Shown here one piece after another: positions 40,094 through 50,502 of a DNA stretch of 64,000 bases; within the stretch, counting starts at the first letter, position 1; every line of letters begins with the position of its first letter. A program made the position numbers and the translations under genes. The stretch lies in the IMG/VR virus record IMGVR_UViG_2513237251_000009. The stretch is one strand, 5' to 3'. The notes beneath the pieces were generated by a model. That model had not been told where the DNA came from, ran no database searches, and saw only the letters and a list, made by a program, of their open reading frames with translations. Origin of the DNA: a virus (taxonomy: Duplodnaviria > Heunggongvirae > Uroviricota > Caudoviricetes).

Positions 40094-42031
40094 TCAGCCG
40101 CCGGACGCACTGCCGTAGTTCACTCCGGTGATCACCGCCACCGCCGCAGTACGGCGACGACGCCAGTTGATCCAGCGCTCCGCACGGATGGCCACGCTGC
40201 CTGTCTGGAACATGGAAACCAGCTCCACCGGGGACGGCGTGGTACTGTCGCCGCCCGGCTCAGACTGCATTTCCAGTGATGCCTCGCGGGACATATCCAC
40301 TGCCACGCCGCCGTCATCCGCCAGATAAATATCCGGGGCATTCACCAGCACCAGCTGGTCACCCACGTACTGGGAGACAATCACCGGCAGCCCCTGGAAG
40401 GAGCCACCCAGCAGGGTCATGTCCGGGTATTCCTTCTGACCCAGCGCATTTTTACGCATGGACAGTGCCAGGGCATTGGTGCTGGACATCAGCCAGACCG
40501 CACCGGTGGGCTGCAGGTTTGCTGCCACAAACTGTCCAAACGCAGCCTCGGCATCCGCATCCGGGTTACCGGTTGATGCCGTGCCCTTCACATCATGGGT
40601 GATGGACGCCGGGGAGACATCTGCCACTGCGGCTTTTTTCGGGTCCACAAAGTCTGTATCCAGACGCGCCACCACCGCTTCCGCCAGCGCATTACGGACC
40701 AGTGCATCAGCAGCCGGACTGGAAAAACGGATCAATTCTTCCGTCAGTACCGCAATGGCCGACACCTTCGCATGACTGAAGGTGATGGATTCAAAATCAA
40801 ACTTCGTCAGGGGTTTTGCCTTACCCTCACCCACCCAGCCGGCAGCACCGCCGGACACCTGGGCGTGCACACGGATATTGAATGGCACCTGACGAAGTGC
40901 AGGGATCCCGCCCTGACCAAATCGCCCGATAATGGTCTGCGGACGCAGGTAATCAATAAAGTCCTGTGCGTATTCCTGATATTCAGACAGGCTGCCTGCC
41001 CACTGCGGATCCGTGGTGGTCCCCGCGCCCACTGCCGATTTCAGGACATGATGCAGACGACTGTCATCCGGATACTGACGACGGGCCACTTCCAGGGCTT
41101 CAGATCGGACGCCTTTAGCCGCAGCCAGCGATTTGGCAAAGCGGGCGAAGCCAATCCCCTTATCCAGTTTCTGCTCCACACGGATCACCGGCGCAGAAGC
41201 CACCGCGGCCACATTCCCGTTACCGGCCTGTTTCACCGGCTGCGCCGTGGCGGCCTTACCGGCTTCCAGTTCACGCAGGCGCTTCAGGTGCGCATCCACC
41301 TGACGGATTTCCGCTGCGGTGTTGTCGTAATGCTCTTCCTCCTCCACATCCAGCGTGCGCCCTTCCTCTGCGGCTTTGGTCATGACCTCCTCAAGGGAGG
41401 CTGCCAGCGCTGCACGCTTGTTTTCAAAACTTTTAATCTGTTCGCCAATATTCATTATGGTCTTTTCCTTATGAAAAACGGTTGTTGACTGTGCCGCAGC
41501 GCCGGCAGAAGATGCGATTTTCACCACCGGTTTCCGGTTGCCGGACGCGGCAGAAAACGGGCGGTCGTAAGATTTAATGGTCCGGATGGTGCATTCCGCA
41601 TTCGCGGGCACGGTGACGGCAGACACCTCCATCAGTTCCCAGCGCAGAAAATGCAGTCCGCCTCCGTCCAGAAAGGTGTATTCATGGGGACGGAAGCCCA
41701 CGGACAGCCCCCTGACCAGCCCGGTCTTAATGGCCGCCCAGACCTCATCCAGCCGGGCAGCCAGTTGCGACGGCATATCCGGTACGGGCTTCACCAGTGT
41801 TGCCGTGATTTCCAGCCCTTCGCTGACCCGGCGCACCGTACACTGCCCCACCGGGCGGGAATGGTCATGCTGCCAGAGAAACGGGATCGCACTGCCAAAC
41901 TCCGCGCCCTCCGGCTCCAGGATGTCACCATCCCGATCCGGAGAAGGCGTTGACGCAATCCCGGTGATCACCCGTTCATCCTCACTGAAGGATTTCACCG
42001 TCAGCAGGGAACAGGCCCGTTTAAGAGTCAC
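40094..42031 (-). CDS. Prohead protease - major capsid fusion protein (HK97 type)
   Basis: 645 aa; N-terminal S78-like motifs (DRDGDILEPEGAEF, WQHDHSRPVG, GLSVGF, VTVPANAECTI); C-terminal HK97-gp5-like region (GLPVIVSQ). Confidence 0.75.
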   Translation of the reverse strand: MTLKRACSLLTVKSFSEDERVITGIASTPSPDRDGDILEPEGAEFGSAIPFLWQHDHSRPVGQCTVRRVSEGLEITATLVKPVPDMPSQLAARLDEVWAAIKTGLVRGLSVGFRPHEYTFLDGGGLHFLRWELMEVSAVTVPANAECTIRTIKSYDRPFSAASGNRKPVVKIASSAGAAAQSTTVFHKEKTIMNIGEQIKSFENKRAALAASLEEVMTKAAEEGRTLDVEEEEHYDNTAAEIRQVDAHLKRLRELEAGKAATAQPVKQAGNGNVAAVASAPVIRVEQKLDKGIGFARFAKSLAAAKGVRSEALEVARRQYPDDSRLHHVLKSAVGAGTTTDPQWAGSLSEYQEYAQDFIDYLRPQTIIGRFGQGGIPALRQVPFNIRVHAQVSGGAAGWVGEGKAKPLTKFDFESITFSHAKVSAIAVLTEELIRFSSPAADALVRNALAEAVVARLDTDFVDPKKAAVADVSPASITHDVKGTASTGNPDADAEAAFGQFVAANLQPTGAVWLMSSTNALALSMRKNALGQKEYPDMTLLGGSFQGLPVIVSQYVGDQLVLVNAPDIYLADDGGVAVDMSREASLEMQSEPGGDSTTPSPVELVSMFQTGSVAIRAERWINWRRRRTAAVAVITGVNYGSASGG

Positions 42032-42094
42032 ATCAGCCTCCTGAAAATAAAAAAACCGCCGCAGCGGTTCATGATGGTTACAGTGTGAACAGGG

Positions 42095-43756
42095 TTATAT
42101 GAAAAAAACCGCATATTCTTTCTTTTTCGGTTCCGGGTTAAGGGACATCAGGGAGACCGCATTGAACAGCGCCATCAGCGGGTCAATTTTTCCCCGTCCA
42201 CTGGCCTGTTTGGTGATAAGAATGGCGTTACCTTTAGGCTCCACCCGGGCATTGCCGACACACCAGGCCATCAGGGGCTGGTCACCATGCACCAGCACCC
42301 CTTCAGCCAGTTTGCGCTCGGTGGTTTTAATGGCCCCGCCCAGTTTCCAGCCCTGGCTTATCCCCACCACAATTCCGTCGGGGATCCCGGCTTCCGCCAG
42401 TGAATCCAGAATCTGCCCCACCCCTGACGGGTCAATACCGATATGGTCCAGTAACTCAGCCTCATGAATGCGACGCACATATTCCGCCACTTCCGCCGTG
42501 TCATCCCCGACACGCCGGACAATGGTCATATCTCCACAGGCAACAAGATCCTGAAACCGGGACGCCTCGCTCTTCCGTCGGACCACCGCGGTTTCATGCG
42601 CCCAGGCATGGCCCCAGCCCAGCCATTCGCGGGTTTCCCTGTCACGGCCAATCACGTACATTCCCAGCAGATCATCCAGGCCCCCGCCGTCAATCCCCAC
42701 CGTCACCACATCAGCGCGCTGCAGGATATCGTCCAGGCTGACGCGCCTGCCCTGCTGCTCCCAGAAATCCGCACCCGCCCAGCGGTCAGAACGCAGGGCA
42801 AGACCAATTTCCACATTGGCATGTTTTGACATGAAGCCACGAAATGCTTCCTCACCAGCCTCCCGGGCTTTACGGTACTCCCGGTACAGAAAAGCCTCAT
42901 CCACCGAATAACCGAGATTCGGGTTAACCATGGCGAGGTTTTCCATCAGCAGGTGAGCCCCGCTTTCCACCATTTCAGGAGGATGCTCAAAAATCACCGG
43001 CAGAAAGTGCGGATCATGAATTTTGCCGTCACGGACATCCCGGGCGTACTGCAGTTTCTGTCTGAACACCCCGGCTGGCGGCTCATTCGACTGGGTGGTC
43101 GTATACACCACAAACCCTTCCGGGCGGGAGGCAAGGCCGCCTATGGCTTCACGTAACATGTCCTCCGCTTTGTACTGCTTGCCAAATAACCACAGTTCAT
43201 CAATCAGCGTCCCCACGGACTTGATACCGGATACCGTATTCGGATCGGCAGCCACCACCTTCAGGGTGGTGTCCGTCACCCTGTGGGTGATGGTCCGGAT
43301 ATGTGTCTGCACCTGACAGAGGTCATCCAGATCATCGTCCCGTCGTACCATATCCCTGGCAGGGTTGAAGGCGTTAGCCGCCACCTCCACGGTCGGGGCC
43401 AGAATGGTGTAGCCCGCCGCCTGCCGCCAGTTCAGTAACAGCGCCGTCATCATGATCCCGGCAGCCAGCGTGGACTTGCTGTTTTTCTTGGGGATAAGGA
43501 TAAAAACTTCCTTGATATGGCGTACACCGGTCTGCGCATCGTAGGAGCCAAACAGGGCCGCCACCAGGTCAAACACCCACTGTGCGCAGGACTCCCCGAA
43601 CGTCGGGCTGCCCGGTGCATCCACAATCCGCAGTTGTTTAAAAATCGCCAGGGCATGTGCGGCCTGCTCCGGATAAATCGGAGCCGGAATAATCGACAGC
43701 CCCTTTTTCAGGCGCTCTGCCCAGTCCGGGCAGGCCGTGCTCCACACAGGTATCAT
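42095..43756 (-). CDS. Terminase large subunit
   Basis: 553 aa with ATPase-like N-terminal region and nuclease-like C-terminal region. Confidence 0.8.
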   Translation of the reverse strand: MIPVWSTACPDWAERLKKGLSIIPAPIYPEQAAHALAIFKQLRIVDAPGSPTFGESCAQWVFDLVAALFGSYDAQTGVRHIKEVFILIPKKNSKSTLAAGIMMTALLLNWRQAAGYTILAPTVEVAANAFNPARDMVRRDDDLDDLCQVQTHIRTITHRVTDTTLKVVAADPNTVSGIKSVGTLIDELWLFGKQYKAEDMLREAIGGLASRPEGFVVYTTTQSNEPPAGVFRQKLQYARDVRDGKIHDPHFLPVIFEHPPEMVESGAHLLMENLAMVNPNLGYSVDEAFLYREYRKAREAGEEAFRGFMSKHANVEIGLALRSDRWAGADFWEQQGRRVSLDDILQRADVVTVGIDGGGLDDLLGMYVIGRDRETREWLGWGHAWAHETAVVRRKSEASRFQDLVACGDMTIVRRVGDDTAEVAEYVRRIHEAELLDHIGIDPSGVGQILDSLAEAGIPDGIVVGISQGWKLGGAIKTTERKLAEGVLVHGDQPLMAWCVGNARVEPKGNAILITKQASGRGKIDPLMALFNAVSLMSLNPEPKKKEYAVFFI

Positions 43757-44316
43757 CCGTTGCCCTCATTATCATTATTCACCACCAGGCGGGGTGGTGG
43801 TGGCACCGCAAAACGGTTAGCCGCTTTTTTCGCCGCGTCACCTTTTGCCGATTTTTTACCGGCATCCCCTTTTTTGTGGTGCGTGAACTGCGCCAGCTTA
43901 TAAGCCGCATCCAGCGCCAGCCTGGGGTCGGTATTAATGTTCTCCACCAGAAGACGCCCCATCGCTTTCACCGGATCGGGAAGACCGTCCTCCATATACT
44001 CAATACCAGGAGATATCACCACGGGCGGTGGCATCTCCGGATTTGTTTCGTCCGGCTGTGGTATTGCAGCCGCCTCACGGCGACGGGGTTTATCCTCCGG
44101 CTCTGATTTTTTCTGCCGATAAACAGGAACCTCATCCACCTCCACCGTCTCGCACTGTTTACGGGCTATAAACGCAAGCACCTCCGGATCTTTTGCCAGC
44201 TGCGAGCCTTTAACCCTGGCTGTCTTCGCCGAATAACCGGCGGCAAGGGCTGACGCTGTTTTGTTTTTCCCGGACATGAGCGCCAGCGCAAATTTTCGTT
44301 TTTGCGTTGTCAGCAC
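43753..44316 (-). CDS. Terminase small subunit
   Basis: 187 aa; N-terminal HTH-like, basic Lys-rich tail; overlaps terL start. Confidence 0.7.
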   Translation of the reverse strand: MLTTQKRKFALALMSGKNKTASALAAGYSAKTARVKGSQLAKDPEVLAFIARKQCETVEVDEVPVYRQKKSEPEDKPRRREAAAIPQPDETNPEMPPPVVISPGIEYMEDGLPDPVKAMGRLLVENINTDPRLALDAAYKLAQFTHHKKGDAGKKSAKGDAAKKAANRFAVPPPPRLVVNNDNEGNG

Positions 44317-44319
44317 AGC

Positions 44320-44600
44320 CTCCTCCCGGGTCCAGAACGCACTCAGCCGGGTATGGTTCAGCCCATTTTTCCCGGCGTCTCATGCCGCAAATGTTAACTG
44401 CTGCCTGGTTAACATTTGCTGAAAAAGCCTGTTAACATTTTTTCCGCACAACAAACTGAATAATAAAGATAAAAACCGCAAAAATGCCCGGGCAGCCAGT
44501 TAACATGTTAACTGCCCTGAAACGGGAATTTTTTCTCTGCGTGAGAGGGGGCGCGGTGTCCAGGGCGATCGTTTTTTTTCGCCGGATGATCCCCCCCGGG
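44320..44600. other. Candidate cos / packaging-initiation region
   Basis: Noncoding gap between HNH and terS with repeated GTTAAC-containing motifs. Confidence 0.4.
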
Positions 44601-44605
44601 TCTGG

Positions 44606-44971
44606 TCACAGGCCAGTGATTCCGTCGGCCCTGAGCGTGCCATCAGGAAGCTCAGGCAACGTCGGATCAGGCATACCACTCGCCGCTTCACTCGCTGACT
44701 TCTGGCGATGGCATTCAGTACAGAGGGTCCAGAGGTTCGTCTCCTCATTACCACCACCGAACTGAAGTGCAATGCGGTGATCGAGTTCACTGTCACAAAG
44801 GTCAACCACGCGTCTACAGAGACAACAGTGTCCGGCATCCCTCCGCCAGATACGACGTTTGAGGGAAACCCGGGCACTGCCACTGACACGACGCTGTTCC
44901 CCCCTCAGGACATTTATCCGCCGGGTGTTCAGAGTTTTGATTCTGCCCGGTAACGTACGAAGCACAGCCAT
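44606..44971 (-). CDS. HNH endonuclease (terminase-associated)
   Basis: 121 aa; HNH motif HCCLCRR...LDHRIALQFGG...NLWTLCTECH. Confidence 0.8.
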   Translation of the reverse strand: MAVLRTLPGRIKTLNTRRINVLRGEQRRVSGSARVSLKRRIWRRDAGHCCLCRRVVDLCDSELDHRIALQFGGGNEETNLWTLCTECHRQKSASEAASGMPDPTLPELPDGTLRADGITGL

Positions 44972-45012
44972 GTAAAATCCTCGCCATATAGCTTGTCACC
45001 AGAGGAAAGAAA

Positions 45013-45240
45013 ATGTCATCGAAAAACCGGCCCCGCAGAACAACAACCCGCAACATCCGATTTCCAAACCAGATGATTGAACAAATTAACATCGCTCTTG
45101 ACCAGAAAGGTTCAGAAAATTTTTCTGCGTGGGTCATTGAATCTTGCCGCCGGGAGCTGGCAGCAGACATAAAATATGCCCGTCAGTTGACTATAAAAAA
45201 GAATGATACACAGTATGCTCTGCGATGGCTGTTCATATAA
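45013..45240 (+). CDS. ylcI: YlcI-like (DUF3950) ribbon-helix-helix-like protein
   Basis: 75 aa MSSKNRPRRTTTRNIRFPNQMIEQINIALDQKGSENFSAWVIESCRRELA. Confidence 0.6.
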   Translation: MSSKNRPRRTTTRNIRFPNQMIEQINIALDQKGSENFSAWVIESCRRELAADIKYARQLTIKKNDTQYALRWLFI

Positions 45241-45602
45241 CTATTTCTTTATATTGCTGAATTTATAAAAACTCACAGACATTAGCTGTATTAATTCCGA
45301 ATTGAAATAATCAGCCATATAGAATAAAAATAAAGCATAACAATAATAATCTTCTACCCAATCAGTACATTACTGCTGTGACTCCAACACGGCAGTTTTT
45401 TTATTGAACAGATTCCAGTTTCTTCCACCATCGCACCGGACGGGCGACCATGAGGGGAGAACGCCGCGCTCCGTTTACGCGGTAAACCCCGGTGTGTATC
45501 GTTTTTGATTATCCCCGCACACTCTCGCAGAGGAGTCTCCCTGTCGGGCTGCGGTCTCTGTTAATGCAGGAATACGGCGACGATACGGCGCATCAGCAAA
45601 AC

Positions 45603-46070
45603 TTAGTTCAGGCACTGAGTGCGGATATAGTCCTGTGCCCCTTCCAGCTGCTTCTGCATTGTCATCAACCGTTCTCTGAGGATGAAATAATCCCGTTCAG
45701 CGGTGTCTGCCAGTCGGGGGCCGGTTGCATTATCCACGCCGGAGGTGCCGGTGGCTTCACGCACGGTACCGGAGCAGGTGGCGTTGATCCGCAGGCGCTT
45801 ACGACCAGCGGCAACATCAGCACGCAGAGTTTCATTTTCAGCTCTCGCATCGGCTAACTCCCTCGAGTATTTTGCATCGAGCGCAGCAACATCACGCTGG
45901 CGCACCTGCATGTCAGTAATGGTGGCATTCGCCTGTTCCAGCTCTCTGGCTTTTTTATCGCGCTGCGCTTTGTAGGTGAGCGCGTTGTCACGGTAATGGT
46001 TTGTTGCCAGCCACAGCGCACCATAGCCAACCGCCAGGACAATAATCACCACACACAGAACACGGTTCAT
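45603..46070 (-). CDS. Rz: Spanin Rz (i-spanin)
   Basis: 155 aa; N-terminal TM then coiled coil. Confidence 0.8.
   Translation of the reverse strand: MNRVLCVVIIVLAVGYGALWLATNHYRDNALTYKAQRDKKARELEQANATITDMQVRQRDVAALDAKYSRELADARAENETLRADVAAGRKRLRINATCSGTVREATGTSGVDNATGPRLADTAERDYFILRERLMTMQKQLEGAQDYIRTQCLN
45665..45835 (-). CDS. Rz1: Spanin Rz1 (o-spanin lipoprotein), embedded in Rz
   Basis: [15 protein letters not shown] lipobox, Pro-rich mature part; +1 frame inside Rz. Confidence 0.8.
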   Translation of the reverse strand: MKLCVLMLPLVVSACGSTPPAPVPCVKPPAPPAWIMQPAPDWQTPLNGIISSSENG

Positions 46071-46223
46071 CTCTCTTTCACCCCACCAGTCCCGATAACG
46101 TCAGGACTCGCCAGGCGGTGGAAAAGAAAATGGCAACCAGCATGACTAAAAATGAAATGCCGACAAGTACACAGAGGCTCTTCACCAGCGTTATGAGTTT
46201 ATCTGATATCATTAGCCACCCCA

Positions 46224-46793
46224 TCAATCCGCCTTTGTTATTTTCCCTTTGCCTGTATCAGCCAGGACAAAATCAATCAGCATATTCGCTTCATTTACCA
46301 GCGTACGGATTTTTGATACATGCGCGGCTTTAACCTGTTTCCACTCATTCAGCCCGGTAGCAAACACACTGGCAATGTTTTTATCCCGTTTCATGTCAGC
46401 ACAAGCCTGGTTGAGTTCTTCCATCACGCTCATTTTACGGGGATTAACGACAAAACCCTTCGTCCAGTACTCGTAAAGAACATCGTCGCACTCTTCCTGA
46501 TACCGGATGACCTTATCGCGGATTTCGGGTTTTACTTTGTTGGGATTAATGGTTTGTAGCCAGCCGGCAAGTTTTCGAAGTGGCATGGACACCATATTGC
46601 GTTGTTTCCCATCCTCAGCAACCATAACGATTTCCGTTATAGTTGACGCAAAACGCTGTCTTAACTTAGCCAACTGTGATTGCCAGGCCAGCCCCATCCC
46701 CGCAACGACAGGTTTCATGGGAACGTATGGTTCGCCATTATGGTTAACTACATAAAGAGAGTTGCCGTGAAACGGCACGGCCATCATATTCAT
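46224..46793 (-). CDS. Anti-repressor-like protein (Ant-type)
   Basis: 189 aa between endolysin and Rz; assigned by remembered similarity. Confidence 0.5.
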   Translation of the reverse strand: MNMMAVPFHGNSLYVVNHNGEPYVPMKPVVAGMGLAWQSQLAKLRQRFASTITEIVMVAEDGKQRNMVSMPLRKLAGWLQTINPNKVKPEIRDKVIRYQEECDDVLYEYWTKGFVVNPRKMSVMEELNQACADMKRDKNIASVFATGLNEWKQVKAAHVSKIRTLVNEANMLIDFVLADTGKGKITKAD

Positions 46794-47063
46794 CGGTTAT
46801 TTCCTTTTAGTGATGAACCTTGTCTCACAGGAATCCAGCCCACAGAAAGGCACCGACAGCCAAACCGGTATCCTCAAGGGTCATCCTGAAAGGTTCTGTG
46901 TTGTGAGATGCGCGTGAGATGCGCAGAAATGACAAAGGCATCATTACGGTGCCTGAGTGTTAAACAACTGCTTTGACTTTATTCACTTACATTTTGCCAA
47001 TTTGCAGGATTTCGTGTTATCCGTCCATGTAAGCAAACCTCATTTTTCAGCAAAATATTCTGC

Positions 47064-47597
47064 TTATCTGTCGATTCCCCAGCACGCCAGCGCGCTCTCC
47101 TGGTCACGACGGGATACCTGACCGTAACAGTTATTTGAGCGAATACGGCAGTCCCTGCCACCGTCCTTAATCCACCAGCGAATCGCTTCGCAGGCACCTT
47201 TTCGATCTCCTGCATTAATCCGTCTGTAAAACGTCGACGGGAAACACTTACCGGGGCCAATGTTGTACGGACAGAATGACGCGATCCCCGCTTTCTGGGG
47301 TTCGGTCAGCGGCACTCTGATGTTTTTCTCCACCCATGCCAGCGCCTTATCACGCTCAATGGCGTTAACCCGGTCGCATTTTTCCTTCGACAGCTTCATG
47401 CCAGGAATAACAGGCTTACCATCCCCCCGGGTGGCTCCACGGCAGATGGTCCAGATACCCGCACCATCACGGTATGCTGTGGTGTGGTTACCTTCCTTTT
47501 CATCCAGAAACTGGTCGAGGATTTCAGGCGCAGACGCCCCTGCACCAATCAGCGCCAGAACGGCAGCCGACAGGCCGTATCTGATTTTTGCGTTCAT
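47064..47597 (-). CDS. R: SAR endolysin (phage-21-type lysozyme R)
   Basis: 177 aa; N-terminal signal-arrest-release TM; catalytic E..D..T pattern EGNHTTAYRDGAGIWTICRG. Confidence 0.85.
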   Translation of the reverse strand: MNAKIRYGLSAAVLALIGAGASAPEILDQFLDEKEGNHTTAYRDGAGIWTICRGATRGDGKPVIPGMKLSKEKCDRVNAIERDKALAWVEKNIRVPLTEPQKAGIASFCPYNIGPGKCFPSTFYRRINAGDRKGACEAIRWWIKDGGRDCRIRSNNCYGQVSRRDQESALACWGIDR

Positions 47598-47647
47598 GGA
47601 TATTTATCAGGGTTTATCGATTTCAAATCCCTGGATATGTTAAGTCT

Positions 47648-47995
47648 TCAGGCCAGCGGTGGAGTCTTCAGAGAACCCGTAATTATTCCCGGTAGTTTTC
47701 CTCTGTAGGTTATCAACACATCCTGCGCCTCTAAAATTACGGGGCGCTTTTCCGGCAACGGACCATCCCCTTCACATAACCCGGCAGCAACATCCATGAA
47801 AAACTGCTTCGCCTGCTTTTTCGCCTCAGCTTCGTAAAACTCCAGCGTGGCACCTTCAGTACGGTCAAGACTAATCGCCACATCTGGCAACAACAGTGAC
47901 GGATACCCACCAATTTCCGGTGCCACAGTAACAGTAATCTTATCCGGGTAATTATTTATCCCTTTAACAACCAGTTCGTATTTTTTCTTCATCAC
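47648..47995 (-). CDS. Hypothetical lysis-cassette protein
   Basis: 115 aa between S and R. Confidence 0.5.
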   Translation of the reverse strand: MMKKKYELVVKGINNYPDKITVTVAPEIGGYPSLLLPDVAISLDRTEGATLEFYEAEAKKQAKQFFMDVAAGLCEGDGPLPEKRPVILEAQDVLITYRGKLPGIITGSLKTPPLA

Positions 47996-47996
47996 T

Positions 47997-48203
47997 TTAC
48001 TCTCCCCGCGCCGCCTTACGCCGGTCTTCTTTAATCTTGAAATACAGGTTCGTCAGATATGTCAGCAGCCCAAACAGCAGACTCCCCAGCACGCCTATCG
48101 CCACCCACTGGGACGGAGAGACTTTGTCCAGCAGCTGCAGTAACCAGTATCCCGTCCCCACCGCTGACGTGGTGTATGACACACCTGTTGTGATTTTTTC
48201 CAT
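47997..48203 (-). CDS. S: Pinholin S (phage-21 S21-like)
   Basis: 68 aa; two TM segments, C-terminal [13 protein letters not shown]. Confidence 0.85.
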   Translation of the reverse strand: MEKITTGVSYTTSAVGTGYWLLQLLDKVSPSQWVAIGVLGSLLFGLLTYLTNLYFKIKEDRRKAARGE

Positions 48204-48250
48204 CTGATGTATGTCTCCGTCACCGCCGACAGAAAATGAAAGTAAAGAAA

Positions 48251-48284
48251 AACAAAAAAGCCGCCAGTGTCACCCACTGACGGC
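48251..48284 (-). terminator. Intrinsic terminator upstream of S within the late operon
   Basis: 10-bp stem GCCGTCAGTG/CACTGGCGGC, loop GGTGA, then UUUUUUGUUUUU on the minus strand. Confidence 0.55.
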
Positions 48285-48382
48285 CAACGCCGGGAGCCGT
48301 GATTATGGCATTCAGGCTCTGCTAAAAATGCCAGATAACATTCCGGCCACCCCCTGATTCAGGTTATAAATGACACAATATC

Positions 48383-48502
48383 TTGACAACACCCGTCACT
48401 GTCTGTCAGAAAATATACCGCCAGGCATAAGTATCATGTGAAATCCAACTATCCTTCTGAGCCAGCACCTCTCCACCGAAAGTCAGTGCTGGCTGTTTTT
48501 TT
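48383..48502 (+). ncRNA. Candidate small RNA unit 1 (antisense to late operon)
   Basis: TTGACA at 48383-48388; terminator hairpin GCCAGCAC...GTGCTGGC plus T7 at 48461-48502. Confidence 0.35.
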
Positions 48503-48540
48503 CCTTAATAAAGCATCTGTAACTGAAACAATCCGCATAT

Positions 48541-48650
48541 TGATAATATATTGACAGGCATCATTGCTGTCTGTGAAAAATAAGTCTCTACAAACATATA
48601 AGGCCTTTTAGCCAGCGTCTTCTTTCAGGTCAGTCGCTGGCTCTTTTTTT
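48541..48650 (+). ncRNA. Candidate small RNA unit 2 (antisense to late operon)
   Basis: TGATAAT and TTGACA promoter-like hexamers at 48541-48556; terminator hairpin AGCCAGCG...CGCTGGCT plus T8 at 48610-48650. Confidence 0.35.
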
Positions 48651-48651
48651 A

Positions 48652-50502
48652 TTATGCTGCCGGTGCATTTATCTCCAGCACCAGACTTTCTATCTCAACG
48701 CCATACGCTGCATTTTTTGTAACATCCGTCAGCGTCAGCGCATTCAGTCCCAGTGTCAGACTGTCTTTTATAACCTGGAATGCCGGGCCAGCCACTCCAT
48801 TCAGTTTCGGAGTAACCGTGGCACTGCCGGCGGTGAACACCAGCTCCAGCGTCTGCCAGTCGTTACCGTAATCGCCGAACTCCCCCAGCTTCGTGTTTCC
48901 GGCTTTCCTGTGATGCATCAGATTCACTCTGCCGTCAGTGGTCTGAGTAAAGTACGACATCAGGAACGGATTACCGGTACCCGTCATCGCCACACCATCA
49001 GGAACGGGAGCATCCGTATACAGATAAATCCCCAGCCCGAACTGATTGTTGGTCAGCGCGCCTGACAGGCGGAACTTACAGGTCAGTCTGCCGCCCTGTG
49101 TCAGCAGGGTAATTGCGTCATCCACCGGATGCGTCAGGGACCAGGTTTTATTGCTCTGCCTGGTGATCTTAAATACACCATCTGACAACTGAATTCCGCC
49201 ATCCTTAATGCTCCAGCCCTGCGCAGCAGCCTCTCCGGCTGCCGGCAGCAGGGAGATTGTGCGAACGGACGTATCTGCAGACGGACCCGATGGCGTGTTG
49301 CCGCCGGGCGAGGGTTTGATTTCCGGTGCCTTACCACTGATGAAGGCTGAGGTGCGCCCGGCTGCGTTCAGAATAGCGGTTGCCAGACGATCCGGAATAA
49401 TGCTCCTGCGCGCCCATGAACTGAAATGTGTCGGGCGGTTTGATGATACCTGGTTTCCATTCGTTCTCGATGCCGCACCGTAATATCCTGATGCCGGAAT
49501 ATCCGGATCTTCTGCCGGCGCGTTAGTGGCGGTATTGACGCCGTTACCGTCTGTCATGAAGGGCACAAAATAAACGCCCTCACTCTCCCTGTTTTTATAC
49601 CCGCCGTACACGGTGTCGTACTGGGTAGCGTATGTATTTTTCCAGTAATACGTCGTGTCACCACAAATCCACGGCACATCTGCAGCACTGCCACCATGGC
49701 ACTGCGCGTTAAACACGGAGAGGTCAGCACGAAACTGTGCCAGCATGGCTGTAAACAGCGCAGGTTGCTGTGCGTGGGTGGCGGCGCTCATGTCAAACTC
49801 TCCCTGCATCCAGCAGACGGCCAGCAGAACGTTTTTGGGATTTTTCTGCAATGCCGCTTTTGTGCGGGAAATCAGATCCTGATATAACGGCTTGCCCACC
49901 CCCCAGCGTGCCGAATCCTGGCTGGCCCCCGTGGACTCGCTGAATGTCCCCTCCGCGCCCTGGGTAAATGCCGAACCACCACGACAGCATGGTACCAGCA
50001 GGATCCCCGCGTTATTCGGGATATACGGGAGCAGTTTTTTGGCAATATGTAACCCCTGGCCGACACAGCCGTACTGCCCTTTGCTCAGGTCTGCCTTCGG
50101 ATGATTCAGCGTACTCATATCCTGCACATCATGCAGGCAGTGGTCGGCCGGAATAATATCGTTATATCTGCAGGCAGCCCCACCCGGCGTCACTGTACTG
50201 CGGCGCGCCAGCTGTTTAATGCGCGGATCCGGAGCATCGTATGAATCCGGCAGCGGAAGCCCTTCACCGTAAGCCATGGCATTGGACTGCCCGGCCAGTA
50301 CGATGACGTAGTACCAATCCGGCTCAGTTGCACCACTGACCACCACATCACCTTCTGCTGTAATCGCCTGCATCAGGGTATAAGGGGTTATGGCCACCGG
50401 ACTACCAAACGGCTGCCAGCCCTCTTTCAGTTTGTGTGTCAGCTTTTCCGCAAGGTCTGACGGCGACGCCGCCCTGACAACATCATAATGTTTAATCGAC
50501 AT
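48652..50502 (-). CDS. nanS: Prophage sialate O-acetylesterase (NanS-p)
   Basis: 616 aa; N-terminal MSIKHYDVV..., esterase-like region VIVLAGQSNAMAYGEG. Confidence 0.8.
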   Translation of the reverse strand: MSIKHYDVVRAASPSDLAEKLTHKLKEGWQPFGSPVAITPYTLMQAITAEGDVVVSGATEPDWYYVIVLAGQSNAMAYGEGLPLPDSYDAPDPRIKQLARRSTVTPGGAACRYNDIIPADHCLHDVQDMSTLNHPKADLSKGQYGCVGQGLHIAKKLLPYIPNNAGILLVPCCRGGSAFTQGAEGTFSESTGASQDSARWGVGKPLYQDLISRTKAALQKNPKNVLLAVCWMQGEFDMSAATHAQQPALFTAMLAQFRADLSVFNAQCHGGSAADVPWICGDTTYYWKNTYATQYDTVYGGYKNRESEGVYFVPFMTDGNGVNTATNAPAEDPDIPASGYYGAASRTNGNQVSSNRPTHFSSWARRSIIPDRLATAILNAAGRTSAFISGKAPEIKPSPGGNTPSGPSADTSVRTISLLPAAGEAAAQGWSIKDGGIQLSDGVFKITRQSNKTWSLTHPVDDAITLLTQGGRLTCKFRLSGALTNNQFGLGIYLYTDAPVPDGVAMTGTGNPFLMSYFTQTTDGRVNLMHHRKAGNTKLGEFGDYGNDWQTLELVFTAGSATVTPKLNGVAGPAFQVIKDSLTLGLNALTLTDVTKNAAYGVEIESLVLEINAPAA

